From Lobosporangium transversale (Eukaryota), in NCBI RefSeq assembly GCF_002105155.1, contig NW_019029022.1, forward strand, positions 62,001 through 126,000: 64,000 nucleotides of DNA, written 5' to 3'. Below are positions 12,644-23,926 of this stretch, one piece after another. Within the stretch, counting starts at the first letter, position 1. Every line of letters starts with the position of its first letter. Below the pieces are notes generated by a model that was not told the origin of the DNA, did not search any database, and worked only from the letters and a program-made list of their open reading frames with translations. The position numbers and the translations under genes were made by a program.

Positions 12644-15340
12644 ATGAAGATCACCGCCATCCTCTCCGCCTTGGCCGCAGTCACTTTGGTCTCGGCCGGC
12701 AAGTTCCACGATATCGGTAACACCGAGAAGACCGTCGCCAACGGATACATCCTTGAGTACCAGGAGGGTTTCAGCCACAAGGATGCTCAGAATGCGCTCA
12801 ACTCGCGCAAGGTTGACTTCAAGGTCCGTAACCAGTACAACGTCTTCAACGGAGCTGCCATCACTGTTCGTTCGAAGCACACTGGCAAAGACCTTGCTTC
12901 CCTTCCTGGTGTCAAGAACGTCTGGCCCATCACTCTTTATTCCATCCCAAAGCTCCAGAAGAGCAACAACTCCGATACCGCTTCTCTTCACACTATGACT
13001 GGTGTTGACATTGTCCACAAGAAGTACAAGTTGACCGGAAAGGGTGTCAAGGTCGGTGTCATCGATACTGGTATTGATTACAAGCATCCTTCCTTTGCTG
13101 CCTCTGGTGCTAAGGAGGGATGCTTTGCTCGCTATGGCAAGAACTGCCGCGTCAAGTACGGTTGGGACTTTGTTGGTGATGATTACGTTGGTGATAACTC
13201 CCCTAAGCCAGATTCCGACCCTCTTGATTGCCAGGGACATGGTACTCACGTTGCTGGTATTGTCGGTGGTACTGCTGTGGACTCCAAGTCTTCTCCTAAG
13301 CCTCCTCAATCATTCGTTGGTGTCGCTCCTGAGGTCACTTTCGGTGCCTACCGTGTCTTCGGATGCACTGGCTCTGCTGGAGATGATGTTATCCTTGCTG
13401 CCATGGAGCTGGCCTTCAACGATGGCATGGACGTAAGTCATCCCATACCGTATACATATACAAATGTAAATCAAGATTCTTCTGAATCTATAAATTAACT
13501 TTTTTTTTTTTTTTTTTTTTTGCCTTGCCCTAACATTTAGATCATCAACATGTCTCTTGGAGGTGGCTCCGCTTACAAGTACAACCCCACCGCTATCCTC
13601 GGTGAGAAGTTGATTACCCACGGAATGGCTCTGATTGGTGCCGCTGGTAACGACGGCTCCCAGGGTGCCTGGATGGTTACTGACACTGGTTTGGGTGAGA
13701 AGGCTTACTCAGTTGCCTCGTTCGACAACGCCTACGGCTTCTACGATTCAGTCTCATATGCTGGAGTTGCTCACCCATACACCCCTTCGCAGGCCTATAA
13801 CAAGCGCATCACCCTTCCTTCCACCGCCACTCTCGTCCCCATCTTTGAGAAGAACGGCGCCTTGTCCGATGGATGCGATCCCGCTATCTTCAACACTGCT
13901 GATGTCAAGGGTAAGGTCGTCCTTGCCTTTGGTGATGTCACCCGCTGCAAGTCTGGCGCTCGTGGCACCAATGCCAAGAACGCTGGTGCCGCTGGTATCC
14001 TGATCCAAACCACTCCTCTTGGCTTGGCCACTTTGGGCGGTATCCCCGACTTCCCCATGGGCTCAATTGAGAACAAGGCTGGTAATGACATGCTTGCTGT
14101 CTGGAAGAAGGACGCCAAGACCCCCTTGGTTTGGAGCAAGAGCCCCGCTAACTTCCGTGTTGAGGGCGGTGGAGCTCCTTCTGGCTTCTCCTCCTTCGGT
14201 TTGGATGGAGAGCTCCGCTCCAAGCCTGATATTGCTGGACCCGGTGGCAACATCTTGTCAGCTTACCCCCTTGCTAAGGGTGGCTATGCCGTCCTCTCCG
14301 GTACCTCCATGGCTACTCCCTACGTCGCTGGCAGTCACGCCTTGTACATGCAGGCCAAGAAGTCCAAGCCCAATGGTGATGTTATCCGTCAGGTCTTCAA
14401 GAACACTGCTACCATCTCGTCCAACTCTGGTTCCAAGACTAAGGCCTCTGCCACCAAGCAGGGTGCTGGTCTCATTAACGTCTTGAACGCCATCAAGACC
14501 ACCTCTGCGATCTTCCCTGACCGTATTGATCTCTTGGACTCCGTTAACTTCAAAAAGTCCGTCAAGATCACCCTCAAGAACAATGGCAAGAAGACCGAGA
14601 CCTACACCTTCTCGCATGTCCCCGCTGATACCTTGAACTGGTACGCCAAGGGTAACAAGTATCCTTCTCCTGAACCTGTGATTGAGGCCAACTATGCCAC
14701 TGTCAAGTTCTCTCAGGACAAGGTTAAGATCCCCGCCGGCAAGTCTGCAAAGATCACCTTGTACTTCTCGGAGCCCAAGAAGGCTGATGCTGCTCAGTTC
14801 CCCATTTACTCTGGATACGTCGTTGCCACTCCCGAGAAGAGCAATGTCGCTGTTAACATCCCTTACACTGGTTTGAAGGGTGATGTCTCCAAGGTCCCCA
14901 TCATCGACACTGATTCCGGCTTCCCTGCCTTGGCCCTCAAGGATGCCAGCGGTGAACTCAAGGAGATTCCCCCCAACTTTACTTTCGACCTTGTCAACAA
15001 CAAGCCTGTTGTCCAGACTCGCTTGGGTTCGCACACTCCTTCGTTCGGCGTCCGTGTGTTTGATAACAAGAAGGCTTTCAAGGGTTTCTTGAGCAGCGAG
15101 ACTGGTGCTCATGCTTTTGGCACTTGGGTTGGTCGTCAGAAGAACTTGGATGACCAGGGTCACTTGGTTTTCTCTTCCTTCACCTGGACTGGCAAGGTTC
15201 TCCCCACCGAAAACGCTACTGAGGCTGTCACTCTCCCCTCCGGCACCTATGAGATCGTTGTTGCCTCTCAGAAGAAGCTCACCAAGGGAGCTTACCCTGC
15301 TGACTTTGAGACCTTTGAGTTGGGCAGCATCAAGTTCTAA
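12644..15340 (+). CDS. Secreted subtilisin-like S8 serine peptidase (signal peptide, I9-like prodomain, PA insert, Fn3-like C-terminal domain), copy 1; one intron ~13432-13540
   Basis: Signal peptide MKITAILSALAAVTLVSA; catalytic triad motifs VIDTG, GHGTHVAGI and SGTSMATP; oxyanion AAGNDG; strong C-ending codon bias. Confidence 0.95.
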
Positions 15341-15650
15341 AAAGGCCTATTCCTTCATATCCTTCATGAATTCATTATTTAATCCCCCAATCACTTTTTT
15401 CTTTTAATGAACAATGGCGACTTTTTTTTTTGTAATTTAGACCCGTAGAAAAGAAAAAAGAAAGAAAAAATATAAATAATAATGTTGCATTTTTTTAAAG
15501 GCATCTATAATCAAGAAAGATTAAATATCATATATAAAAATATTTGGTTGATCCAGCTAATGAATGTCAAAATATAGTAAAGTCGAATTACAATTGGCTC
15601 TTTACAGGTCAAAGAACAGATAAAGGGAGACACAGGTTTATCATCTATTG

Positions 15651-15681
<31 letters not shown>

Positions 15682-17506
15682 GCAATCAAACTAGAGTGTA
15701 CTTGAGGGACAAGAAAAAATGAGGGCACATAGAAAAAAAAAAAAGAGAAATAAGCAGTGATGATCAGATTTTCTTTGAGGAAAGAAACGCGTAAACCAAA
15801 ACTTTACAAGGTGGTTGGTCTTGTTAGTCTGCTAGTGACGAATGACACCAATAAAATGGGAAGAGAAACATGATGGAAAGGCCCTTTGAATAACTCCTAC
15901 CAATGAAGCTGACCATCTCTTCTATCTGCGATAGATCCTGATAGTTTACTTTTGATATACATTGTGAGTAGTTTCGTAAAAGTAGTCCACCAAAGATTAT
16001 ATATTCATACGATTTATAAGGTCTTTTCAGAAGAAGGTAAGAATTTTTTTTTTTGCCAGAGAAAAAACAATGGTGGGAAAAATCAGATTTCACGTATGAG
16101 ATATTAGATTCAACTCTTAACATGTCAACCACAAACTGAGCAACGCGTAAAACGTGTCTGTTGCACAATATACAGGCAATATACAGGTTACAATACTGAA
16201 TTCCTCGGGAAAAAAACAAAAAGGAATACCAATGGAAAAGAAATGGTAGCGAGGGATGAGGCGTTTATGAAATTATATTTATTCTTTTAGCTGAGTAGAA
16301 AACAAACAAAGCAACCAACTTTAAAGTATTAATAAAAAAAAACATCAACGATATTTGTATACAAACATGTCTATAGCGAAGAGAGGTTTATATATATTTC
16401 AGAGAGAGGAAAAAACAAAAAGCGGTGCAGTGTAAACAATCGATATTACAACATGTTCACATCCATCCAGTACACACACACATATTTATATACATGTATG
16501 TGTATACCGTAGAAAAATGCTATTCAGGTAGGGAAGCTGTCGTTCTTGCTTCTCAAATTTTACCGTGATGATCGAGAAAATAGAAATAATCAAGTAATAA
16601 CTAAAAGCAGAGGCTCTCAAATAATTAGGCCATTGGTTAAGAGAGAGCCCTATTTTTATTCCAAAAAGATTTCCCACTGCACTATGAACTAGACCCGTCG
16701 AAAGTCTTCCAATCCACATGCTTGTTGCTTCCTTTTCCTTTCTCAAGGAAAAAGGACCCTCCTGCAGGGTATGGATGTTGCACTGTTTGTAAATCATTTG
16801 GGTTTCTATTATATACATATGCATATACAATTACACTATATATATTATGAATTCAGTTCCTTTCTAGAGCATATCGCCACACTTCTCCCCTCGGCTCTCT
16901 TTCCCACTTGACGGTTCCGTATCCTAGTCTACTTTTGTACTATTCAATACTGATCCCTGGATTCACCATGGAAGAATATGTGAAAGTGATGGGAAAGACT
17001 ACAGTAAACCTAGGCTCGTTCCCATCCCTCTTCGCTTTATAAAGGTGACAGGAAATTCCATTTCCTTTTTAAGTCACCCAAAGTGAAGGGCTGGGAATGA
17101 GCCTTCAGTAAACCAGAAAAAATAACGGAAAATCCAGATCTCAAAAAGTCAAGTGCTCAAGACATTTGAAATGAAAAAACAATGAGGATGCAGAACCGTT
17201 TTATTTGTTTGTTTACGACAATCTAATAAAATTATTATTATACTGTGGCCCAAAAGAAAAATGTACTCAGCCCAGCGGATGGAGAAGTTGTATAAATACA
17301 TCCTTTCCTTTTCCTCTTTATTTTTTTTTTTTTCCTTAGCCATCAAGGACTCCCTTCATTGATCTACTCCTTCTCCCTCCCTCAGCTCTTTATTCAGCCC
17401 CCTTCCCTCCCTCACCGGTCTTGACAGACAGATCCTAAAAAAATTCATACCCCATTATCCTTACTTTCTTCCCCTTTAGATCCATACCCTTGCGTAAAGC
17501 ATCACC

Positions 17507-20238
17507 ATGAAACTCACAGCCACAATCCTTTCTGTTGTGGCAGCGGCCTCTTTGGTCTCTGCAGGCACATTCCACCCTCATAAGATCAATCCTCACGATA
17601 CTATCTCCAATGGTTACATCATTCAGTATGATGACAATGTTAACCACGCTCAGGCACAGAACTCTTTGAAGTCTCATAAGGTCGACTTCAAGGTTCGTAA
17701 CCAGTACAACGTCTTCAACGGAGCCGCTGTTACTGTCAAGTCTGGTCATAAGGGTGAAGAGCTTGCCAAGTTGCCTGGTGTCAAGAACGTTTGGCCCATC
17801 ACTCTTTATTCCATCCCCAAGCTCCAGAAGAGCAACATGAAGAGCAATGATCCAGCGGCCGCTTCTCTTCACACTATGACTGGTGTTGACATTGTCCACA
17901 AGAAGTACAAGTTGACCGGAAAGGGTGTCAAGGTCGGTGTCATCGATACTGGTATTGATTACAAGCACCCTTCCTTTGCTGTCCCTGGCGCTAAGGAGGG
18001 ATGCTTTGCTCGCTATGGCAAGAACTGCCGTGTCAAGTACGGTTGGGACTTTGTTGGTGATGATTACACTGGAGAAGATCCCAAGCCTGACTCGGATCCT
18101 CGTGATTGCGGGGGACATGGTACTCACGTTGCTGGTATTCTCGGTGGTGGTGCTGTGGACTCCAAGACCTCTCCTAAGCCTCCTCAGCCGTTTGTTGGTG
18201 TTGCCCCTGAAGTTACTTTTGGTGCCTATCGCATCTTCGGATGTAAAGGCTCTGCTGGAGATGATGTTATCCTTGCTGCCATGGAGCTGGCCTTCAACGA
18301 TGGCATGGACGTAAGTTTTAATTCACTTTTTGTATAAGCAGTGTATGTGCGTGTTTTTTTTTTTTTTTTTTTCCAATTTGCTCACAGCCTTTTATTTATT
18401 TATTTGGTTAGGTCATCAACATGTCCCTTGGAGGTGGTTCCGCTTACAAGAACAACCCAATTTCTATCCTCGGTGATAAATTGATTGCTCACGGCATGGC
18501 TTTGGTTGCTTCTGCTGGCAACGCCGGTTCTGACGGAGCCTGGATGGTTTCAGATGCTGGTTTGGGCGACCTTGCTAGCTCCATTGCCTCTTTCGACAAC
18601 ATCTACGGCATTTATGATTCCGTCTCCTATGGCGGTGCGGCACACCCTTATAGTCCATCTGAGAACTACAACAACCGCATCGATCTTCCTGCCAGCGCTA
18701 CTCTTGTCCCTATCTTTGAGAAGGATGGTTCGCTTTCAGATGGATGCGATCCCAACATCTACAAGAGCACTGATGTCAAGGGTAAGGTCGTCCTTGTCTT
18801 TGGTGATCTCACTCGTTGCAAGTCTGGTGCTCGTGGTGTCAACGCCAAGGATGCCGGTGCTGCTGGTATCCTGGTCCAGACCACTCCCTTCGGACTCGCA
18901 GGCTTGGCCGGCAATCCCGGTTTCCCCATGGGTTCGATTGAAAACAAGGCTGGTAATGACATGCTTGCTGCCTGGAAAAAGGACCCCAAGACTCGATTGG
19001 TTTGGAGCAAGAAGCCCTCCAACTTCTTGATCGAAGGTGGTGGAGCTCCTTCAGACTTCTCTTCTTTCGGTTTGGATGGAGACCTTCGCTCCAAGCCTGA
19101 TTTTGCTGGTCCTGGTGGCAATATCTTGTCAGCTTTTCCCCTTGCTAAGGGTGGTTATGCTATCCTCTCCGGTACCTCCATGTCCAGCCCCTACGTTGCT
19201 GGTGCTCATGCGTTGTATATTCAGGCCAAGAAATCCAAGCCCCGTGGTGATAAACTTCGTCAGATTTTTAAGAACACTGCTACCATCGCCTCCAACTTTG
19301 GCTCCAAGACCAAGGCATCTGCTGCTAAGCAGGGTGCTGGTCTCATCAATGTCTTGAGCGCCATCACTACCAAAACCTCCATCTTCCCTGACCATATTGA
19401 CCTTCTTGACTCGACCCATTTCAAGAAGACTGTCAAGATTTCGATTAAGAACGAGGGAAAGCACACTGAGACCTACACACTCTCTCACATCCCTGCCGAT
19501 ACTTTGAACTCGTACCCCAATAAGAACACCTTCCCTTTGGGTACCCCTGTCATTGAAGCTGCTTATGCCACTGTCAAATTCTCTGTTGACAAAGTCAAGA
19601 TCCCTGCTGGTAAGACTGCCAAGATCACTTTGACATTCAAGGAGCCCAAGAAGGGCGATGCTTCAGAATTCCCTCTGTACTCTGGATATGTCGTTGCGAC
19701 TCCTAAGACTAAGGGCGGTGTTGCTGTTCATGTTCCATACACTGGTGTCAAGGGAGATATTGCCAAGGTTCCAATCTTTGACACCGACAGTGGTCTCCCC
19801 TTGTTGCTCGCATATGATGGTGATGATTCATTGGAGGATGTTACTCCAGATTATCAATTCAATCTTTCCAGCACAAAGTTACCAGCTATTTTGACCCGTC
19901 TTGGTTCGCATACTCCTGAATTCAGCATCCGTATCTTCGACGATAAGAAGAACTTTGTTGGATATGCTCACAGCGCCAACCGTGGACAATCTTTTGGCTG
20001 GCTGGGACGTGACCCCACCTATAATGATGATGGTTCTCTCTATTTCAATGCCTGGATCTGGGATGGTATGTACACCAAAACCATGGATCCATCCGAGACT
20101 CCAGTGCTTGTCTCCAAACATGGAGTTTATAACCTTGTTGTCGCTGCTCAGCACAAGTTGAGCAAGGGCGCCTATCCTAAGGACTTTGAAACACATGAGT
20201 TCAGCAACCCCATTGTCATTACGGGACAGCAGAAGTAA
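17507..20238 (+). CDS. Secreted subtilisin-like S8 serine peptidase, tandem paralog copy 2; one intron ~18311-18411
   Basis: Same architecture and intron position as copy 1; VIDTG, GHGTHVAGI, SGTSMSSP. Confidence 0.95.
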
Positions 20239-21515
20239 AAGAGTTTTTATGCATTCAGGAGTGGAGGGGCGCCATCTTTCATCTTTATAGTGTATAATCT
20301 TCTATAATTATAACATTTCATATCATCATGTAATAAAATAAAACAATGGAAAAATGCCGTTTTCCTTGTCCCTGCAATGCCGATCATACGTCGCACTATT
20401 AGGAGATAGACCAGTCTGGCAATCAGTGTGGCCCCATAAAACTGGCACTTGCACTGGTCATGTTGAAGCTCTAGATAATTATTGCTACCATATCAGTTAT
20501 CGCGGTATGACTTTATCCACCGTTATCTACGTCTCTTAGTGAAGCACTATCCCTTTGAGGCGTTTCCATGATTTTTTTTTTCTTCATAAAACCAACTATT
20601 TTGTTACCGAGTGACTGAGAAGATAGATTATAGAGAAGTACAAAGCAGGGGTTCGTCCATTGCTGCAGTCTCCTGGCTCCTTATCAATCTCTTGAATTAA
20701 GATCGAGAGCTTGTGGGCTGGGGATTTCATTACATAACCATAGACACAAATGAACAGCTAACTTCTTAACACTCAAAATAGTTAGAGCGTAACAGATATT
20801 TCTGTTGCTAATGCAACAGCTACTATTACTACAGCAGTAACTGTATATAACTATCCCTTCGACCGTAAGGTTTGGAGGACACATTTGTCCTGTAAAAAGT
20901 CTGCAGTAGATCAATGTAAAGATATTGGCGCCACAGCCATAAATATATTTTTTGAGTAACCTCCGAATGTATTGCAGCCAATTAGTTTACTTGAAATGAG
21001 CCCGCGCCACCACAATAAGCCACAAAATCAATCGGCTGCTCTTCTCAATATAAGTGTATTTGTCCTTCTCTGGAGCAGCCAGCCCCGCAACTCCTCCGCC
21101 ACCAGTTTATCAATCACAATCTTCAGAGAAGATGAATGAAGCGTATGTGCACTATGAAGCTGCACCCATCAATTGCCCCAGATGTTTTGCGGAGCTGTTG
21201 TTTGATGTAGAGCCTCTGAATATAAAGCTGTGGAGGGCGGAAAAAATAAATGATCGTCAATAAACGTCGCCAGAGCTCTGTTTTCTGTAAGAGAATCCAT
21301 AAAGACTGGTCAAATGAAAATCATTCTCATTTTGACCAGTTTTTATTTCTGGCGGTGAAATAAAATAAAAGTGTCAAAACTTATCCATCGATAATGTGGT
21401 AGAGGATATAGTAGGCAGGCAGCGCTGCCAAAGGCCTTTTCTGTCTTTTTCACCCAATACAACTACATTATTGTCAATTTGAATTTTTCTCTCAGCACCT
21501 AGATTTCATAAACAC

Positions 21516-22059
21516 ATGGTCCGCACCTGTAGTCTGTGCAACAGTGAAAAGCATGATAGGCGGCTCTGCCCTCAAAAAACAGAGCGTGCTGAGCTTCGCA
21601 CAAACCTTCCCTCCGCTTCACGCCTGGAGCAGGTTATTGGTCCCACGAGAGGGTAAAGAAGTTATTATTTTATTTTTATTTTATTTTTATTTTATTTTTA
21701 TTTTATTTTTATTTTATTTTATTTATTTAGCCCTCTATTATTTTATTCTCATCATATATATATAAGGGTAAATATTGTTAGCCAGCCCCAAAGGCCGCAT
21801 ATGTGTAGCACTTGCAATCGCCCAGGACATAATCGAAGTACATGTCCGAGTGCTGAAAGGTGGGCTCTACGTACTTTAAATATTTCATATAATCATACTC
21901 TTCCTCGCCATCGATTTGACTTTATAACGGATTATTACTGTCCATTGATCCATTGATTTAGCAGCCATATCCAAAATGAAGCCAATCATGAAGCAGTGCG
22001 CGAGCGAAGCTTTGACCATGACCTTGATATCGAAAATGAGAGACCCACACAAAGGCGAA
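21516..22059 (+). CDS. Three short exons encoding two CCHC zinc knuckles (5' part of the Helitron ORF)
   Basis: ATG 21516 gives MVRTCSLCNSEKHDRRLC; the second exon gives HMCSTCNRPGHNRSTC (both CX2CX4HX4C). GT-AG introns keep the frame. Confidence 0.6.
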
Positions 22060-22194
22060 GGTGAGCTACATTTTGTTCACTCTTTATTTCCTTTTTATTT
22101 TTTATTTTTTATTTTTTATTTTTTATTTTTTATTTTTTATATTTTTTAATTTTTTCGTACTATATCATATTGTATGCATTTTATGTGACATCAG

Positions 22195-22912
22195 TCTTCA
22201 GTTACTCATTAAGCAGATATTTCCGGATATCGAAAATGCTAGACTCCTTCCTGAGATGCTCATTGAGCGCGCTATCTTGAGTCCCCTTAATGAGGATGTC
22301 GATAAACTGAATCAACTAGCCACCAGTATGCTCTGTAGCACCCAGCAGTCGGTCAGTTATATTGGTCAAGATAGCCTTCAAGACCCCGAAGCAGCAGCTA
22401 CGGCTCACTATCCTGTGGAATACCTGAACAACCTCTCCCCGCCAGGCTTGCCTCCGTTTAAACTGGAGCTAAAGGTTGGTCAGCCCGTCATCCTTCTTCG
22501 CAATTTGAACCCAAAGCGTGGACTATGTAATGGTACTCGCATGATTGTACATGCATTAGGCACAAGAATGATCCAGGCCGAGATTATGAAAGGACAATTT
22601 CAAGGAGAGTGTGTCTTTATTCCTCGCATACCGCTTACGACACTTGATGATCATTCTTCTCCGATCATGTTCTGCAGACGACAATTTCCAGTCAAGCCTG
22701 CCTTCGCCATGACCGTCAACAAGTCCCAGGGACAGACACTCAAACATGTTGGTGTTTATCTTCCTCAAGATGTTTTCAGCCATGGTCATCTCTACGTTGC
22801 TTTGTCACGGTGTACAGACCCAAATAATCTTAAGGTACTTATCGCGAACGGCAAGGTAAGAGATAGGCTAGGAACATACACACGGAACATTGTCTTCAAA
22901 GATGCTTTATAG
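22195..22912 (+). pseudogene. C-terminal fragment of a PIF1-like Helitron helicase
   Basis: ERAILSPLNEDVDKLN, LELKVGQPVILLRNLNPKRGLCNGTR, RRQFPVKPAFAMTVNKSQGQTL and VFSHGHLYVALSR are present. Walker A/B motifs are absent. Confidence 0.9.
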
Positions 22913-23661
22913 CCACATTGTCTTTTGATTGCCATTTACTGCGTTACCTCCTCGCCGTCGTTAATCTATCAAATGTTGTGATTACCAGATATTCTCCCTC
23001 TTGATTGTAGTTTCGTCTGTATTTTATTTTGTATATTTTGTATTCTACTTTATTGCGTTTTATCTACTGTATTTTAGCTTTGTATTTTAGTTTTGTAATA
23101 AAAAAAACGTGCAGTTTACACATAATTTTTACAGTAGTAAAAGGCCAAAGGCCTACGTGAGTTTATTGTCTTCATTCCTATGTCAAAATATAAACCTTTT
23201 GCTGCTGTAGATAATGTTTCTTTTTGTTGTCTTACGAGGCTAAGCATTGAATTTTCTAACGAGGCAAGAGCCGACCGTGGCGAAGCCACGGTCTCTGGCT
23301 CGTTCATTTTAGAATAGTAATATATTGGAACCCGGTTTGCAAAAATGACGATAAAAAGGATTGATGAGTTCACGGTGTAATTTTCTACGCTATTTCGATT
23401 GAGTTTAGAAAAGGAGGGGGGGGGTGGCCTAATATTTTTTTTTTTGAGAAAACGAGAATATACTGTGAGAGATTAAGGTTACAGGACATATCTGTCCTAA
23501 TCACGGTTGAAGGGATAGCATCGAATACAAGCGCGGAAACGGCAGAGAATTAGAAGAAACGGAACGAGAGGAAGCCGCCGCAAGGAACCTTGGAAGGCAT
23601 CAAACCCGAACAAGCTTTTAGATTTATTTCTTGTTTTTGTTTTTTAACTTCAATTGTATTG

Positions 23662-23831
23662 TGTTACGTCCTGAGGCTAGGGAGTGTACCCAAATGGAGC
23701 ACTCCCCTTTTTATTCATAGATCAGAGCAATTAGTGACGGCTATGTTGGAGCCTATATAAGGCTCCGACCTAGCTAAAATAATAAACAACTTTTGATCTC
23801 CTTGACTTCCGATTTACCATAAAACATATCA
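23662..23831 (+). repeat. 5' LTR (170 bp)
   Basis: TGTTACG...CATATCA; TATATAA at 23754-23760; AATAAA at 23781-23786. Confidence 0.98.
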
Positions 23832-23926
23832 TTTTTTCAAGGATCTACATAGAGTTACATCCATCCATTTTATCAATCCATCCAACCATTTTTTTTTTCC
23901 ATAATTTCAATCCCTTTATTTCAATC

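Larger units (their letters stand above)
21296..23302 (+). mobile_element. Non-autonomous (internally deleted) Helitron
   Basis: Contains a PIF1-type helicase C-terminus typical of Helitron RepHel. 3' GC hairpin GACCGTGGC-GAA-GCCACGGTC (23273-23293) is followed by CTCG|T at 23299-23303. Putative 5' A|TC at 21295/21296 (less certain). No Rep/HUH domain seen. Confidence 0.75.

Noticed and set aside
12632..19488. Long antisense and alternate-frame ORFs over both subtilisin genes
   Set aside because: They are shadows of strong codon bias in the real genes and carry no recognisable motifs.
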